DNA of 64,000 bases from Gonapodya sp. JEL0774 (taxonomy: Eukaryota), in the NCBI GenBank assembly GCA_027604505.1, contig JADIIX010000005.1, positions 186,001-250,000 of the forward strand, given 5' to 3'. The position numbers and the translations under genes are program-made. Below the pieces are notes generated by a model. The model searched no databases, was not told where the DNA came from, and saw only the letters and a list, made by a program, of their open reading frames with translations. Numbering within the stretch: the stretch's first letter is position 1; each line of letters starts with the position of its first letter. Shown here one piece after another: positions 24,346 through 37,200 of the stretch.

Positions 24346-24394
24346 TTCCGGAACTGAGAGGGATCACGGCTCGGGTTGAAAGGAAAGGACGGTT

Positions 24395-27300
24395 ATGGCG
24401 GATGCGCGGACGTTTTCCGGACACGATGAAGGAACAGGAGACGGAGGAACAATGCAATCGCCGGAAGCAGGAGTCCAAATGCAGGAGAGGGATGATGCGT
24501 GGGATGTTGATGGGGGGAGTAGGGAAGAAACCAGAAACGCCTTCCAGAGGTCCGACACGATGCTGACAGAGGCCGGTCGCGAGCAGGAAACGTCATCTGG
24601 TCCGATATCGACGTCTGCACGCTTGCGCTCGGGAATGTTGATGGCGATGCGGCTGGGTCGCTTGCCGCTGAGACGTTTGGCAACTGGAACGTCGATCCTG
24701 GAGCCACAGACACCAGGGGCAACGCCTTTGACCCCATCGCTGGGAACGCCGTTCTTTACACCACAGCAGCAACCTCCGACGCCCCACACGGTGTTGACGC
24801 TTCAGCCGATGCATGAGGATTTGTCATATCCGCCCGAGCCATACACTCCTGACGAGCTCCCGCAACCTATACCCACTTCCACTCGCTTATCATCTCTGCT
24901 CACTCCTCTCTCCCGCATCCGCACTGCACTCTCACTCGACCCTTCGGCCACTGCAGACCCGTCGAGACAAACACCTTCCCCGGTCAGTCCTTCACCGCAA
25001 CCGCAGTCTCACTTGCAAACTCCGGCCACACCGGTCGGCGTGTCGAGGAGTCAAGTCGCTACAATGTCGCGCTATCTATCGCAAATCGCGGTTAGAGCAT
25101 CAACGCGCATGCTCGGAGACCTCGACGACCCAGAAGAAGAATATGAAACCCCTTACGCAAATGAGATGGGACGTGTGCCTATAATCCCAGCGTCTGCCTA
25201 TGGCGACACCTATGGGGACACACCTGGTCGCCAACGCTCGCGGTCGCGCAAGTCAGGCTCTCCATCCCCAGTTCGTTTCACGACAAACTCTCGCTCCCGT
25301 TCTCCCGTTCCGCTTGGGCTTCCCAACCCTTCTCTACCACGCTCTGAAGCCTCATCGTCTTCCGTGATTGTAACCATTGACAGACATGTTGCACCTGCCA
25401 CACCGGATGACTTATCTGCCCTGGGTCTGGGTGTCAGCCACCGTGGCATTGGGGGGCTCGTGGCAACTTCAACTATGTCTGACGAAACCAACCTAAGCCC
25501 CCGACCAAACACCACCACCCTCGACGGCCCTAACACTGCCGATGATGCCCTTTGGAACGCCGCCGCTCAGCGTGTCCGCCTGCACCGCGAGCGAGCGGCT
25601 GTAGCAGCAACACTGACACCCTCATCTGGCGAACCGCACTCTACCGCGGCACCTACAAGCCTTCCCAGAATCGCCACGACATTTCAAACACCTCTTATGT
25701 CTCGCCGCCCCACTCTTAGCCGTCTTGGTACTGGCCAGTCCACAATACTTCGCGATCCTACTGTTGGTTCTTTGTCCCGTCCTGGCGACTTGGAATTTCA
25801 AACGGCAGCTTCGATGTCCCTCTCCGCCTCTCTGGCTGCCTTGGAACCGCCGTCTTCCGACAATACGACTCACACATTTCCGCGGTCCTCCTTCCTTCAG
25901 CCCAACGCAAGCTCATCGCCCACGACTGATGCTCCACCGCTTCTTGACCCCCGCCGCGGACGGTCGGGCTCAGTCTCATGGGGCACTTGGGCTTCGCATC
26001 GTATCTCGGATGCCTCGGGATCTGTCTCTGGCGCCTCGGAAAATGTCTTGGCTTCGGTAGCACGAGACCCCAACGATCGAAGTCGAAGCCGCAGTGCGAC
26101 CCGCTACAATGCCCCACCATCTCCATCCTCGGCTATGCCGCCTCCGTCACCCACCAGAGACAGACCTCTCCCGCTCCGCCGTGGACCATCCATTCGCGGC
26201 ACCCCCGGTTGGCTCGCTCGTCTTGCAGAATTGGAAGCACTTGATAGCGGGGCGCAAGGCTCCGCGCCACCAACACCATTTGGGCGCAGCACCACCGGCA
26301 CCACGGGTACGACAGGCTCGTTCTCGTATTCTTACTCACCCTACACCTCCACCGAACTTCCGTCGGCGTCGTTGCACCGAGCAGGAACATCGGTGTCGAT
26401 AGCGCCATCAACGCTTGGAAGAGGGGAGGCCCCGCTAACACCGCTGACGGGTTCCGGGTACCCGTTCTCAAACACGCTTTCTCCGCCAATCATTAACCAC
26501 CCGCCATCTTTGGTCTCCGCACTATCCACTGGGCCACGGCCTCCCACCATATTTGTCATGCATTCGACCACTGCGGGAACACCTGATGACGAAGCATTTA
26601 CAGAAGCACATGCACCCCTTCCTGGGAGCGTTGGGGTGTCGCAGCTCGCTCCACCGAGTGAGTCGAACATGTCTCTGGAGGAAGGTCGGACATCACCGGG
26701 AGGAAAGGACTCCGCGAGGTCCAGATCGAGGAGTGATAGAAGCCCAACGAGATCAAGGGTGTCTGTGGTAGTGTCGAAGATTGAGGGGGAGGCTTGGGGA
26801 GAACCCGCAGATAACACTCTTGGTGATCAGCCAGAGATGAAAGAGTGGAGCCCCGAGATTGAGCTCAAACCTGCGGCGAAACGCCGGAGGACGCGAAATC
26901 TCACGTTGCATGGGAAAAGTTTTGGTGTTTTTGGGCCGGAGAACCGCGTTAGACTCATTGCCAGAGATTTGGTGACTGATCCGTGAGCTGCCGGCACGGT
27001 TATTTCTTCTCATGCGATCGTGCTCACCATCACCCATATAATGATTTTTAGTCTCCTTTCCTTCATCGTGCTCGCTTGCTTGTTTCTCAACTGGGCAGCA
27101 CTTGCAGCGCAGTCGTGGCCATACTTGCCGGATGATCCCGACGTGGACCTTGCCTTTCAAACACCGAACAATGGGGAGGTTGCCGGATGGATTGTATTTG
27201 CGTGTCAGGTTGTTTACACGTGAGCCGCAGAGTTAGCACCTGCTTTGCCTCGAGCGCAAGAACTAAACATCTTGCACCCGGCCGTCCTTCTCGATCCCAC

Positions 27301-30300
27301 TGTACTCTCTCTCAATCCATTAGAATTGAGTCTATACTCAAAATGATTGTTTATGGAGTCGTCTTCCATCATCCATCCCGTGTCCCCACCACACCCTCTG
27401 TTTCATCAAAGCTCGTTGCACACCCTGCCCGACAACACCGTGAACATCCCTATCTCCGTACATCCTTCAACCGACTAGATTTTGTCGTCGTAGTTGCATA
27501 TTGGGCTGGCCTGGCCTGCAAGAGGGCCGGGTGGTCTGGCTTTAGGGTCCTAATGGCCATCGCCGGTCTAAGGCCAGTGAGACTGTTAGGTATGACCGAT
27601 GGGATGTATGTGAGTTTAAATTGGAGGGTGGGAGGATTCTGGAAGTCGTTCGGGTCTGCCATTGCAACAATGTGCCTTCCACGATCATCACCATCTTCAC
27701 CCACCCGATTAGATGATTCTATACTCCATCAAGGTGTCTCTGCCGCTCCTTTTTACAGTGTCATGTTTTCTCCTGTTCTTTTTGGTCTTTTTCGGTGCCA
27801 TTGGCGTTCAGGCATTCCACGGAACCATGTCTCGCAGGTGTTTTGTGACAGGCACCGATCTTGAGACAACACCACAGAGATTTTGTAATATTGGAAGTGG
27901 ATTCCAGTGTGCCGACGGACAGGATTGCAGGAAAGCGGAGAGCATTAGAAACGGGTACGGTATGCTCTTCTTAACTTGACCTCCAAGTAATTGACTAAAA
28001 TTGCTCTGTGCTCGCGTCGACTCGATCCAATTGCAATATCTACGACGCCTGGAATAAACTTCAGATTTCTGAACTACGACAACATTTTTAGCGCAGTTCT
28101 CGCTGTTCTGACTACCCAAACCCTTGACAACTGGTCGGACATTATCTATGCTGCTCAGGACGGGTCTCATGTCTGTATCGGTGTTTTCACACTACCCATT
28201 TATCACGCTTTCTGGCAGAGATTCAGCTCACCTCTATATGATATACTCTGAACAGGAAATTGCTGCACTCTACTTTGTAGCGGAGGCGCTATTGGTGACA
28301 TGGACCGTGGTTCAGTTGTTTGTGGCGGTCATAAGAGAGACGTTTGGAAAAGTAAGAGAACAGATGGGGAGTGCCTTCACAAGGGTGTCGAGGTTTGTGT
28401 TGAAACACTGCAGAAGATCGTTGTGGTGCTCTCGCGTATATAGTCTCCTGTTCCAAAACTCATTATTGCTTTCAACCAGGTCCCGGGCCGTCCGTCGCAT
28501 CCCACGCGATTCTCGGAAATGGTTTCCCCGTTTGCATGGTATCACCTCGCACTGGATCTGGAGAACATTTTGGATTGTTCTCGTTGTGTTTGACCAGATT
28601 CTACTGGGGCTCAGGAGTTTTGACTCAAGTGTTGCATGGTCCGAGAACTTGAGTGAGTTTGTGCGAATCGTACGACAAAAGTCATTTGCCCAACCCTCCA
28701 TTATTGAACTCATTTACGCGTGCGTGGAAACTTAGAAATTATCGGCGCTGTCGTCACTACTTTGTTCGATCTTGAACTACTCCTTCAGTTTGCATCCCAC
28801 GTTCCCAACTCAACCGACCTGCTAGCCGACAGAATCTTTCGACTGGACCTGGCGGTATCAGTGGTCGCAACTGTTTCAACGATACCAACGTTTCGTAACG
28901 AGAGATTGTATGATTATCTGACAATCTTCCGCATTTTAAGAACGTACAGAATTGTTCTTTTCATTCCGCGGGTCCGAAATTTATTCGTAAGTGAAAATGG
29001 CGAAAGAGAAACACGGTATATTAATGCATCCATTTCACAAGGCTACCGTATTCCGCTCCACATCCGGTATTGCTAATGTAACATTGTTCACCTTCGTGTC
29101 CTTATCCATAATTGCGACGACCTCAAGCCAACTCTTGGGCGGTTTCCTGGGACAAACTTCGATGGACACCTACTCCATGAACTATGATAATGTGTTCACA
29201 AGTTGGTTATCAGCATTTATTGTGAGTTCTTAGAATTTGTGAAGCCGTGTTGGTCCACCTCAAAGTTCACGCACCATTTCATCGAAAGATTATGATCAAT
29301 GAACGCTGGACAGTAGTTCTGTTCTCATCTTTGAGTGTCACGTCCTCGGTGAACAGCATCATGACTTTCGGTGCAGGTCTCATCATCATTCTGAATTACT
29401 TCTTTGCAAACTGTTGGTTCCAATCGCTTCCGTTTTCCCTGAGAATCTGCAGACGCAATCACCTCATGTTTATAAACAGACGTTCTTTTGAATCTGTTCA
29501 TCGCGGTCATCTTGGAAAACTTCGAGCTCGACGAATCCGAGAAGATTTCTCTGCAGCAGGCCCGTTACAGGAGCCGCATATCAGGTAAACGGGTGATCGC
29601 CGCCCCAACTGATGATGTGTCCAAGCCTCTAATGAGCAGGATGTGGGCAGCTATGAAAGCGGCATGGTTTGACATATCCCCTGAGAAAGATGGAACCAAA
29701 GTACGACATTTCTTCCTTTCCTTTTTGATTAATTTTATGATTGAAGTTAACTGTATTTCGACAGCTTTCTGGAGAGATCGAGGAGGATCCTGACTCAAAA
29801 GCCTACGATCGTTATGCCAAATTGCGACGGATGAAGATCGCCGGTATTGCTGGGGACGAACCCTCTTCTCAGGATCTGCTCGACGACTTGCAACAATTTG
29901 ATTCACGACATCTTTTGCTCCGAGACTCCTCAAGAGCAAAGATTTTTGCAGGTCCTTCGGGGTTGTCATTGGGAAGCATGGATTCACCTAGGAGCTTAAA
30001 ATTGAAGGATCGTGGGAACACCGTTGACTCGGCGGAGTTGTCATTGAATGCGTTGAATGATATTCGCCCAGGGTTGTCACATGGCTGGCGCTATTACGTT
30101 GATCTTACACGGCGGTTCTGTCAGTTTGTTGTGGGGTCTCCAACATATTACAATGATCTCGCGATTCTCCGGGGCGAGCCCATCTCAAGCCACGCGCGAA
30201 GAACTCCTTTCAATATTTTCATGTTCTTAGTTGTTCTTGGTAGCGTCGTTGTTGCAGCTAAGGCGAGCCCGTGGGAGAGACGCCAGACCATGGAGGAAGG

Positions 30301-33300
30301 TTTTCAATGGTGCGTTTACTGAGTTCAGTCATCCTCAAAGCTTCACCCCCTTCTCAACTCGTACGTGGCAGGTACCAATTAGCTGACTATATTTTTCTTG
30401 GCATTTTTACACTTGAATTTGTTCTTCGGGTACGTCTATCTTCTGGATACGAGAGGGGATACAGTCCACTTGAGAAGCCAGATACATCGGCAACTTTCGC
30501 CTACATTTATTAGTCATCTAACGTATGGGTGTTTTACCGCCGTGCTCCCTCAAGGTTGTCGCAGACGGATTCTTCTCAATCCCTTTTGGATACGCCCGCA
30601 GTGGGTGGAACCTGATGGACCTGTTCGTGCTCCTGACATACTATCCGAGTGTCTTTTGGCCCCTCAACGAAAGCACTGGATTGCCGAGGTATTGTGATAT
30701 TTCGCAAAGAAAATTTTGGTGGTAATGCAACGGTCCCACCGTTCAGGGCGCTCCGCGCATTACGAGGTCTTCGTCCCCTGCGTCTCGTCAGCATGTCGCC
30801 TTCGGCTCGAGACATTCTCGTCACTCTTGGGAGTGGTTTCCCAAAGCTATTCGACGCGTTCACACTGACGTGTATCGCAATTGTACCTTGCGCCGTGAGC
30901 AACCAATAGTTCACCAGGTTTCCTGACACGCATTTAATCATTTCTCGTTGATAGATATATGGTCTTTACCTATTTGAAGGAAGGTTGTATTCCTGCAACG
31001 ACACAGACCCATCCATCCTCACGGCGCAGGACTGTATTGGAGAATTTATCGGCACACCTGATGCTTTTAATACTCCCATATTGATCCCACGAACATGGGA
31101 GAATCCACAGTACTTCAGTTACGGTGTGTTGTGGAACGTTTATTGAACGACGAAAAGAGATATTGATGCGTGTCAGTATCAGACAACTTTGGTCAGGCAC
31201 TGCTGACGGTCTTCCAGTTGGCATCCACCGAGGGCTGGACTCAGGAAATGTTTTTTGCCATGAATGTGGTTGGCATTGACAAGCAACCTCAGTCCCTCGC
31301 ATCACCACATTTTGCGCTTTGTGAGTTTCAAATTCGCGGAGTATGATGCTCACTGCCCGTGGAAACCTCTCACACTCTCACCACTTCTTGATGTGAAGAC
31401 TACGTTGGAGTTTTGTGCATCGCATCCATTCTAGGATTGAATCTTTTTGTAGGGATAATGGTCAACCACTTCGAGTTGATGGCCGGAACCTCTCTTCTCA
31501 CCAACGACCAACGACGATGGCTCGATTTACAGAGGTGTGTCATAGCTCTCTTTTGAGGAATATGTGATGTGTGCCGTGACATAAACCACTTCATCAAAGG
31601 CATTTGTCACTTGTGCGACCGTCCGGGAGATCAGCGAAACCGGATCCACGCAAAAGCCCATTCAAATCGTTCTGCTACGACTTGGTGGCCGACAAAAACT
31701 CCAAGTTTCAGACCCTCGTAACCAGCACAATTATTTTTAACGCAATTATCATTTTGTCAGAATTTGATGGGTGAGGAAGCTCCAAATCACGTTCGTCGGC
31801 CTTCTCCAACAAAAATACTTGCGTATCCATCCCTCTCAGTAATCCAACATGGACCGTCAAAGCTCGAGGTATGTTGTCCTGCTTTCTCAGGCTCCTGTAT
31901 GGTGACAGTTGAGCATCTCCACACTTTTTAAGCCGTTTTGTACACTATTTGCTGCACCATTTACATGGTGGATGTGTTTTTCAAGCTCGTAGCTGTTAAA
32001 TTTGGGAAAGTGAGAGATTCCATCATCCTGCTCTCGCAAACAATGGTGTAACGTGCATTTTCAGTTCTGGACACAGTTCTGGAATGTGTACGACCTCATA
32101 TGTGTCTCTGGTGGTTTTACAACTTCTGTGCTGGTTCTCGCAGTTGCAGACGATTATGCGGTAATTTCAGTCCAGAAAGTCTTTCTCATTTTGATAACAT
32201 TCAGATTGGTGGAGCGACTCGAAAGGTGAGATCGGTTACCTTCCAAAGGCTAATGCAGTAACCTTTTAAAACCTTTAGCTTGCAAACGCTCTTCAAAACA
32301 TTCGTGTACGTTCGGCTTGAAAGGTTCACGGTCGATTCCTGTGTTTTTTAACGCACCATTTATCCTTAGAATTGCCCTTCCATCCCTTCTTAACGTCGTG
32401 TTCATCATATGTATGGTTTTTTTGGTCTACGGGTTGCTGTGCGCGTCTCGTTTTCGTGCAGAGTCGACTTCATCCTTTAATCATGCTCGTTCTCTGCACT
32501 GGCAGTTTCATGGAAATTTTTGGTATTACTCGGAATGGCGATGTTACGGACAACCACGCCAACTTTTGGAACTTCGGCAAGTATGTACTTCCACTAGTGG
32601 TGCACTGAAGCTCCGAATTCTGAGTTTAATCTTGCTTTCGCTCAGCTCTTTATTAACACTGTTCCGAATCATCTCAATCGATGACTGGCAGAGACTTTTT
32701 CACGACCTGATGCTGGAACCGCCGTACTGCTACGATGAGAAGTCCAACTGTGAGCTGTGGATGATTCTGAATTTTCTGGGAGGATGCAAAACTAAATGCT
32801 GCCTCGTCAGACTTGGAATCTGATTGCGGGAGCACTGAATGGTCTCTTGTGTTGGTCCTGTCGTTCTTTGTTCTCACCACATACCTCCTCCTCAACCTGT
32901 TTGTTGTCGGTGAGTTCCATTTCCGAACATAAATGGAACCGCATGTGCTCAATTACAATTCTGGACAGTCATTGTGAGCTATTTCTCCTACACTTATCAA
33001 CAAGATGCAGTGTTCTCACTTCTTGGACGTGAAGACATTCGGGAGTTCAAGAGAGCATGGGCCTCTGTTGATAAACACAACAGCGGCTTTGTTTCGTTGG
33101 GAGATCTTCCGAAATTACTTTCGGTGCGGTTCGATTGTCATTCCAATATTTTGGCATGATCGAATCCATTCCTACTCTTTCCTCCTAGCGTCTCACTGGA
33201 AAGTTCAAAGTTCGGATATATGACGACGAATTTCGGATCCCAGAAATCATGAAACGAGTTTTCACACGACCTCCGGCCAATCCAGCTCCTGTACCACTAC

Positions 33301-34015
33301 TCAGAAGGACTCTAACGCGAACAGGGCTCGCTGGCATCATCAAACCAGATATCAACCCTGCAAGAAGTGTGGCAGTAAACAAAGACTGGTCTCTGCACGA
33401 TATTCCACTCCAATCCATCAACGATGCTGTCAGAAAACTCGGTGAAGCACCATTGTCGCAAGATGTCTACTTGAGGCGCTTGACTTATAACTATGTATAT
33501 GGAGAATGTGCTCGTGCAGCGAGGCTCGTGCACAGGGAAACTGGGGTTGACAAGGGAGTACCGTTCAGTTCTGTATTAAAGATCCTCGCCTACGAATTAG
33601 TGGATTTGGAGCGAAGCTTGCAGTGGGTTGTTCATCCTCCGTTGTTCTTCCATCCATAACTAAGAAGAAACAAATCCTCAGAATTGAAGAGCTCGTTGAA
33701 CGCCGGCGTTTTCTGACCCAACTCTATGTCTCCATGGCTGCCGAGAAAATACGCGGGTTTGTCCTTGCTGCACACTACCGTCGACGGTTCCTTGGAGGGA
33801 AGCTGGACCCTGCAGTTATTCGTGCGAGAAGGGAAGAGTCCAGACTGAATGACATTCAGCAAGGCCAGCTCGTCGAGGCGGGTGCCACGACGTCGCAATC
33901 GTCTTTGTTCTCACTTGCAGTTTTGGCGGTAATATTCGGACAGGCAAGGGTTCGACGAAGTCCAGCAGAGACTTCACATCGTCAGGAACGCGAACAAGTT
34001 CCCGACAACAAATAG
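24395..34015 (+). CDS. CCH1: Four-domain Ca2+ channel alpha subunit, Cch1/NALCN-like, with very long disordered N-terminus (many introns)
   Basis: Cch1-type KSFGVFGPENRVR before domain I. Four S1-S6 repeats with pore loops TLDNW, INERW, STEGW and SIDDW. S6 motifs QLFVAVI, NLFIAVILENF, NLFVGIM and NLFVV. III-IV linker LLTNDQRRWLDL. C-terminal EF-hand-like and IQ-like segments. Confidence 0.9.
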
Positions 34016-34282
34016 AATCGATTTTGTAACGTTATAGGTACTCTTATGTATATATCACTCTAATACTCCATGTGGTGCAAAATGCAAAATGGAGAATTGC
34101 ACGGGATCCACACACTGACTATGACGAAAGAAAGCAACAAGTAAGACTCAAACAAAGAACAAACTTCCTTGGATTGAAAGAGGAACATCACAGAGAGAGC
34201 TCACGCAGGTGACAAGAGGAAACATCTCCTTCCCTACCCATCAACCTACTGGCGGTGTTGCCCTATCTCGTTATTTCAGCCC

Positions 34283-37200
34283 ATGACGACAAATGCTGCT
34301 CATTTTGGGAACAGTGCTGAAGTGGATGTGGTCGCGGAGGAAATCGATTTATCCTCGGAAGACTCAAGCGAAGACGCGGAAGAAGATGAAACTAGTGATG
34401 GAAGTGACCTGAATGAAGATGAAACCAGAACCCCATCTGAAGAGAATGATGGAAGTGAACGTGAGAGCGTTCAAAACGCGAGTGGTGAAGGATTTGATGA
34501 AGAAAGCGATGGAGCTGGTGAAGGTGACGCTGGGAGTGCGCAGGAAGTGGGAGGTCTGGCGCAGGATTCCAATCAAACGGGGAGCGCGGAAGATACGGTC
34601 GATCAAACAGGCTTGCAAAGCATTGGTGATGCGTTCCCTGAATACCCGGACTCGATCGCTTCCACGAGTCCAGAATCCGCGACTCCCATTGCCCCAATTC
34701 ACAGTCAACACACCACCGTGGATTCACCTACTAGTGTGTCACACGGTCAAAATATTCGAGCTGCTTCTTTGCCACTTCCTCCGATTCCAAGCAAGAGCAA
34801 TGTGAATGGGCAACGAGATACCTCAGTTTCACTTTCCCGCACCACTTTGCCAATAGGACATTCCTCACGCTCTACTTTGCGGACTGTTACATGTTATTCT
34901 TCATCACCTATTCCCCCTACCAACTCTTGTCCAATACCTCCCGAGTCTCCGATATCAATGGTTTGTGCCGAATCACCGACGTCATCGCCAGCCGAATTAG
35001 ACGGACACCAAGGCACCGCTGGGAACAATGCAGGAGTTCCACTGTCGCTAGTCACATCCGCATACCTCCCTGAACCTGTGAACTCGAAACAAGACTTGAC
35101 CTTATTGGCCTTTGGCTTCCTTCCCTGGGCACTCCTAAATCAGCTCTGCGACACGTCTTCTTGGAAAGTTCGTGCCACCGCAGTAGATGCCCTTCATCGT
35201 TTTGCAACCAATATCCCTGATGCTTGTGTCTTGATGCCTCACCTTTTGGACTTTCTCAAGTTCTCACAAACGCTCCTGCAGGATCCCAATTTTAAGATCG
35301 CACTCACAGCGCTGCACGTACTACGTGATCTTTTGCCTCGTCTTCCACCTGAAGATTTGACTCAACATCTGCATCATGTGATCGCCACCCTCACAGTCAC
35401 CCTTGGAGACCCGAAGGTCGTCCTCCGTCAAACCACGGCGCTATGTGTGCTCAACCTGATGCATCGATGCGGGGCCAAAGAAGTGGTCGCATGCTGCATG
35501 CAACTGCTCGCCCCTCCAGGTCAACAATCCGTGGTGGGTCAACCATCAACCTCCCCTTCACGTAATGCTCGTCTGTCCGAGTTTCGCACACCTGGGTCTC
35601 CATTATCCATGCCTGCTTCGTTCTTCCCGTCGACTGTTACTCCTCAGTCTCCTTCTCCATCTAATCCGCACGAGTCGCGATCTTCACCAATCCTTCAGGA
35701 TAACCCACGCATCAGAGAGGGTCTTGTTAACCTCGCTTGTACCGCTCTTCTCACTTTTCCGCCCTCAACCCTCGATTTTCCCACCCTTCTTGCTGATCTT
35801 TTACATCCTCTTCGTGACCGGCGGGCACGTGTGTCTCAAGCCGCTCGGGAATGCGCTGCTGCGGTATCCCGTGTCATTGGCGTGGACCGGTGTCTGCGCA
35901 TGCTCCGCGAGTACGGCCTCGAGTCGTCACTGCTGGCAATTGTGGCAACTCGTCTTGAAGATTTTTCTGTGGCACGACTCAACTCTGAAGGACTGGTTGA
36001 ACAGGTCTCAAATGGCGCCACGAGACCTGGAAGCTCAGTGGAAGGTGATATTGAAAACTCTATGAATTCCCCATCACCATATGCATTTTCGCACCACGTC
36101 TCAGCGCCGGCTACCGCCTCGTTAGCGAATCGAGGCGACATACGGTCGCCTTCACCAGCTCTGGAAGGGACGGACCTATGGTCTGCTCGCGGGATGGGCG
36201 TCAAGTCCGCTCCAGCCGCGAGATTTGGGGAGGGTTTTCCTTTAGATGTGTGGAACCAGCTATCTCAGGATGATCAATCACCCAGACGGCCGAACTTGAT
36301 TTCAGATATGATGGGTTCAACAGCGGCAATAGATAATCGCAAAACACGGGAGTCCAGTGGATCTGGCTCAATGTATCGAATCAATATCAGAGGACAGTTA
36401 CCTTCGCCACTACTCCCCGATTCACATTCAAGGAGGCTTTCCGGGAAGTTCCCGTGGGATCAACCGATTCCTGCGAGGTCACCTACCCCCACATTTTCAG
36501 ATTCCACTCTCAGCTCCTCTGTGGACTCACTTGGAGATACGAGTCGACGCTATGGTAGTGATGGGGCCACAACAGCAAATGATCGTGTTCGGAGTAACAC
36601 TGGTTGGTTTGGCACGGAAAAGGACACTGAGATGCTGAAAGTGGCCGGCAAAGGAGTGGGGATGGTGGGATTGGAGTCTGATTCAGGATTAAAGATCGAG
36701 AGGATGGAAGATTCTGGTGGTACAGGAAATGATCGATCATTGCGTGGACAATTGCCTTCATTGTCGGAAGTGCATAGGACTATGTGGGATGAGGTCACAG
36801 TGGGAGGAATCCGCAAACCGGTGCTTGTGGCCGACCTTCCGCCACTCCCAGTTCCATCTGACTCGGCTACACCACACACATTTTCACCTAGTTTTCGTCA
36901 TAAGGTGGCGGTTCGCACACAATTTGCTAGAGAAGGACCAGTCACAGGATCTCTTGGCGTTCTGGAAGTGACAGGAAGCGCGGAGACCTTCAATGTTCCG
37001 GGAAAGAATGGCAAGAAGGGTCAATCTCCAGCCCCTCAAGAACCTTCGCCAATGAAAAAGCAAAGTTTAAGAAAGAAGGCTCTGAGCTCACCCCGGCGTC
37101 TGGGTGAAGTATTAGTCAGTACTTCTCCCGAAAGAGTGCCTACTATAAAGCTGTCGTCCAAACCGGAGCAAGATCTAGCCCGGGCTGCGCAAGTTCTCAA

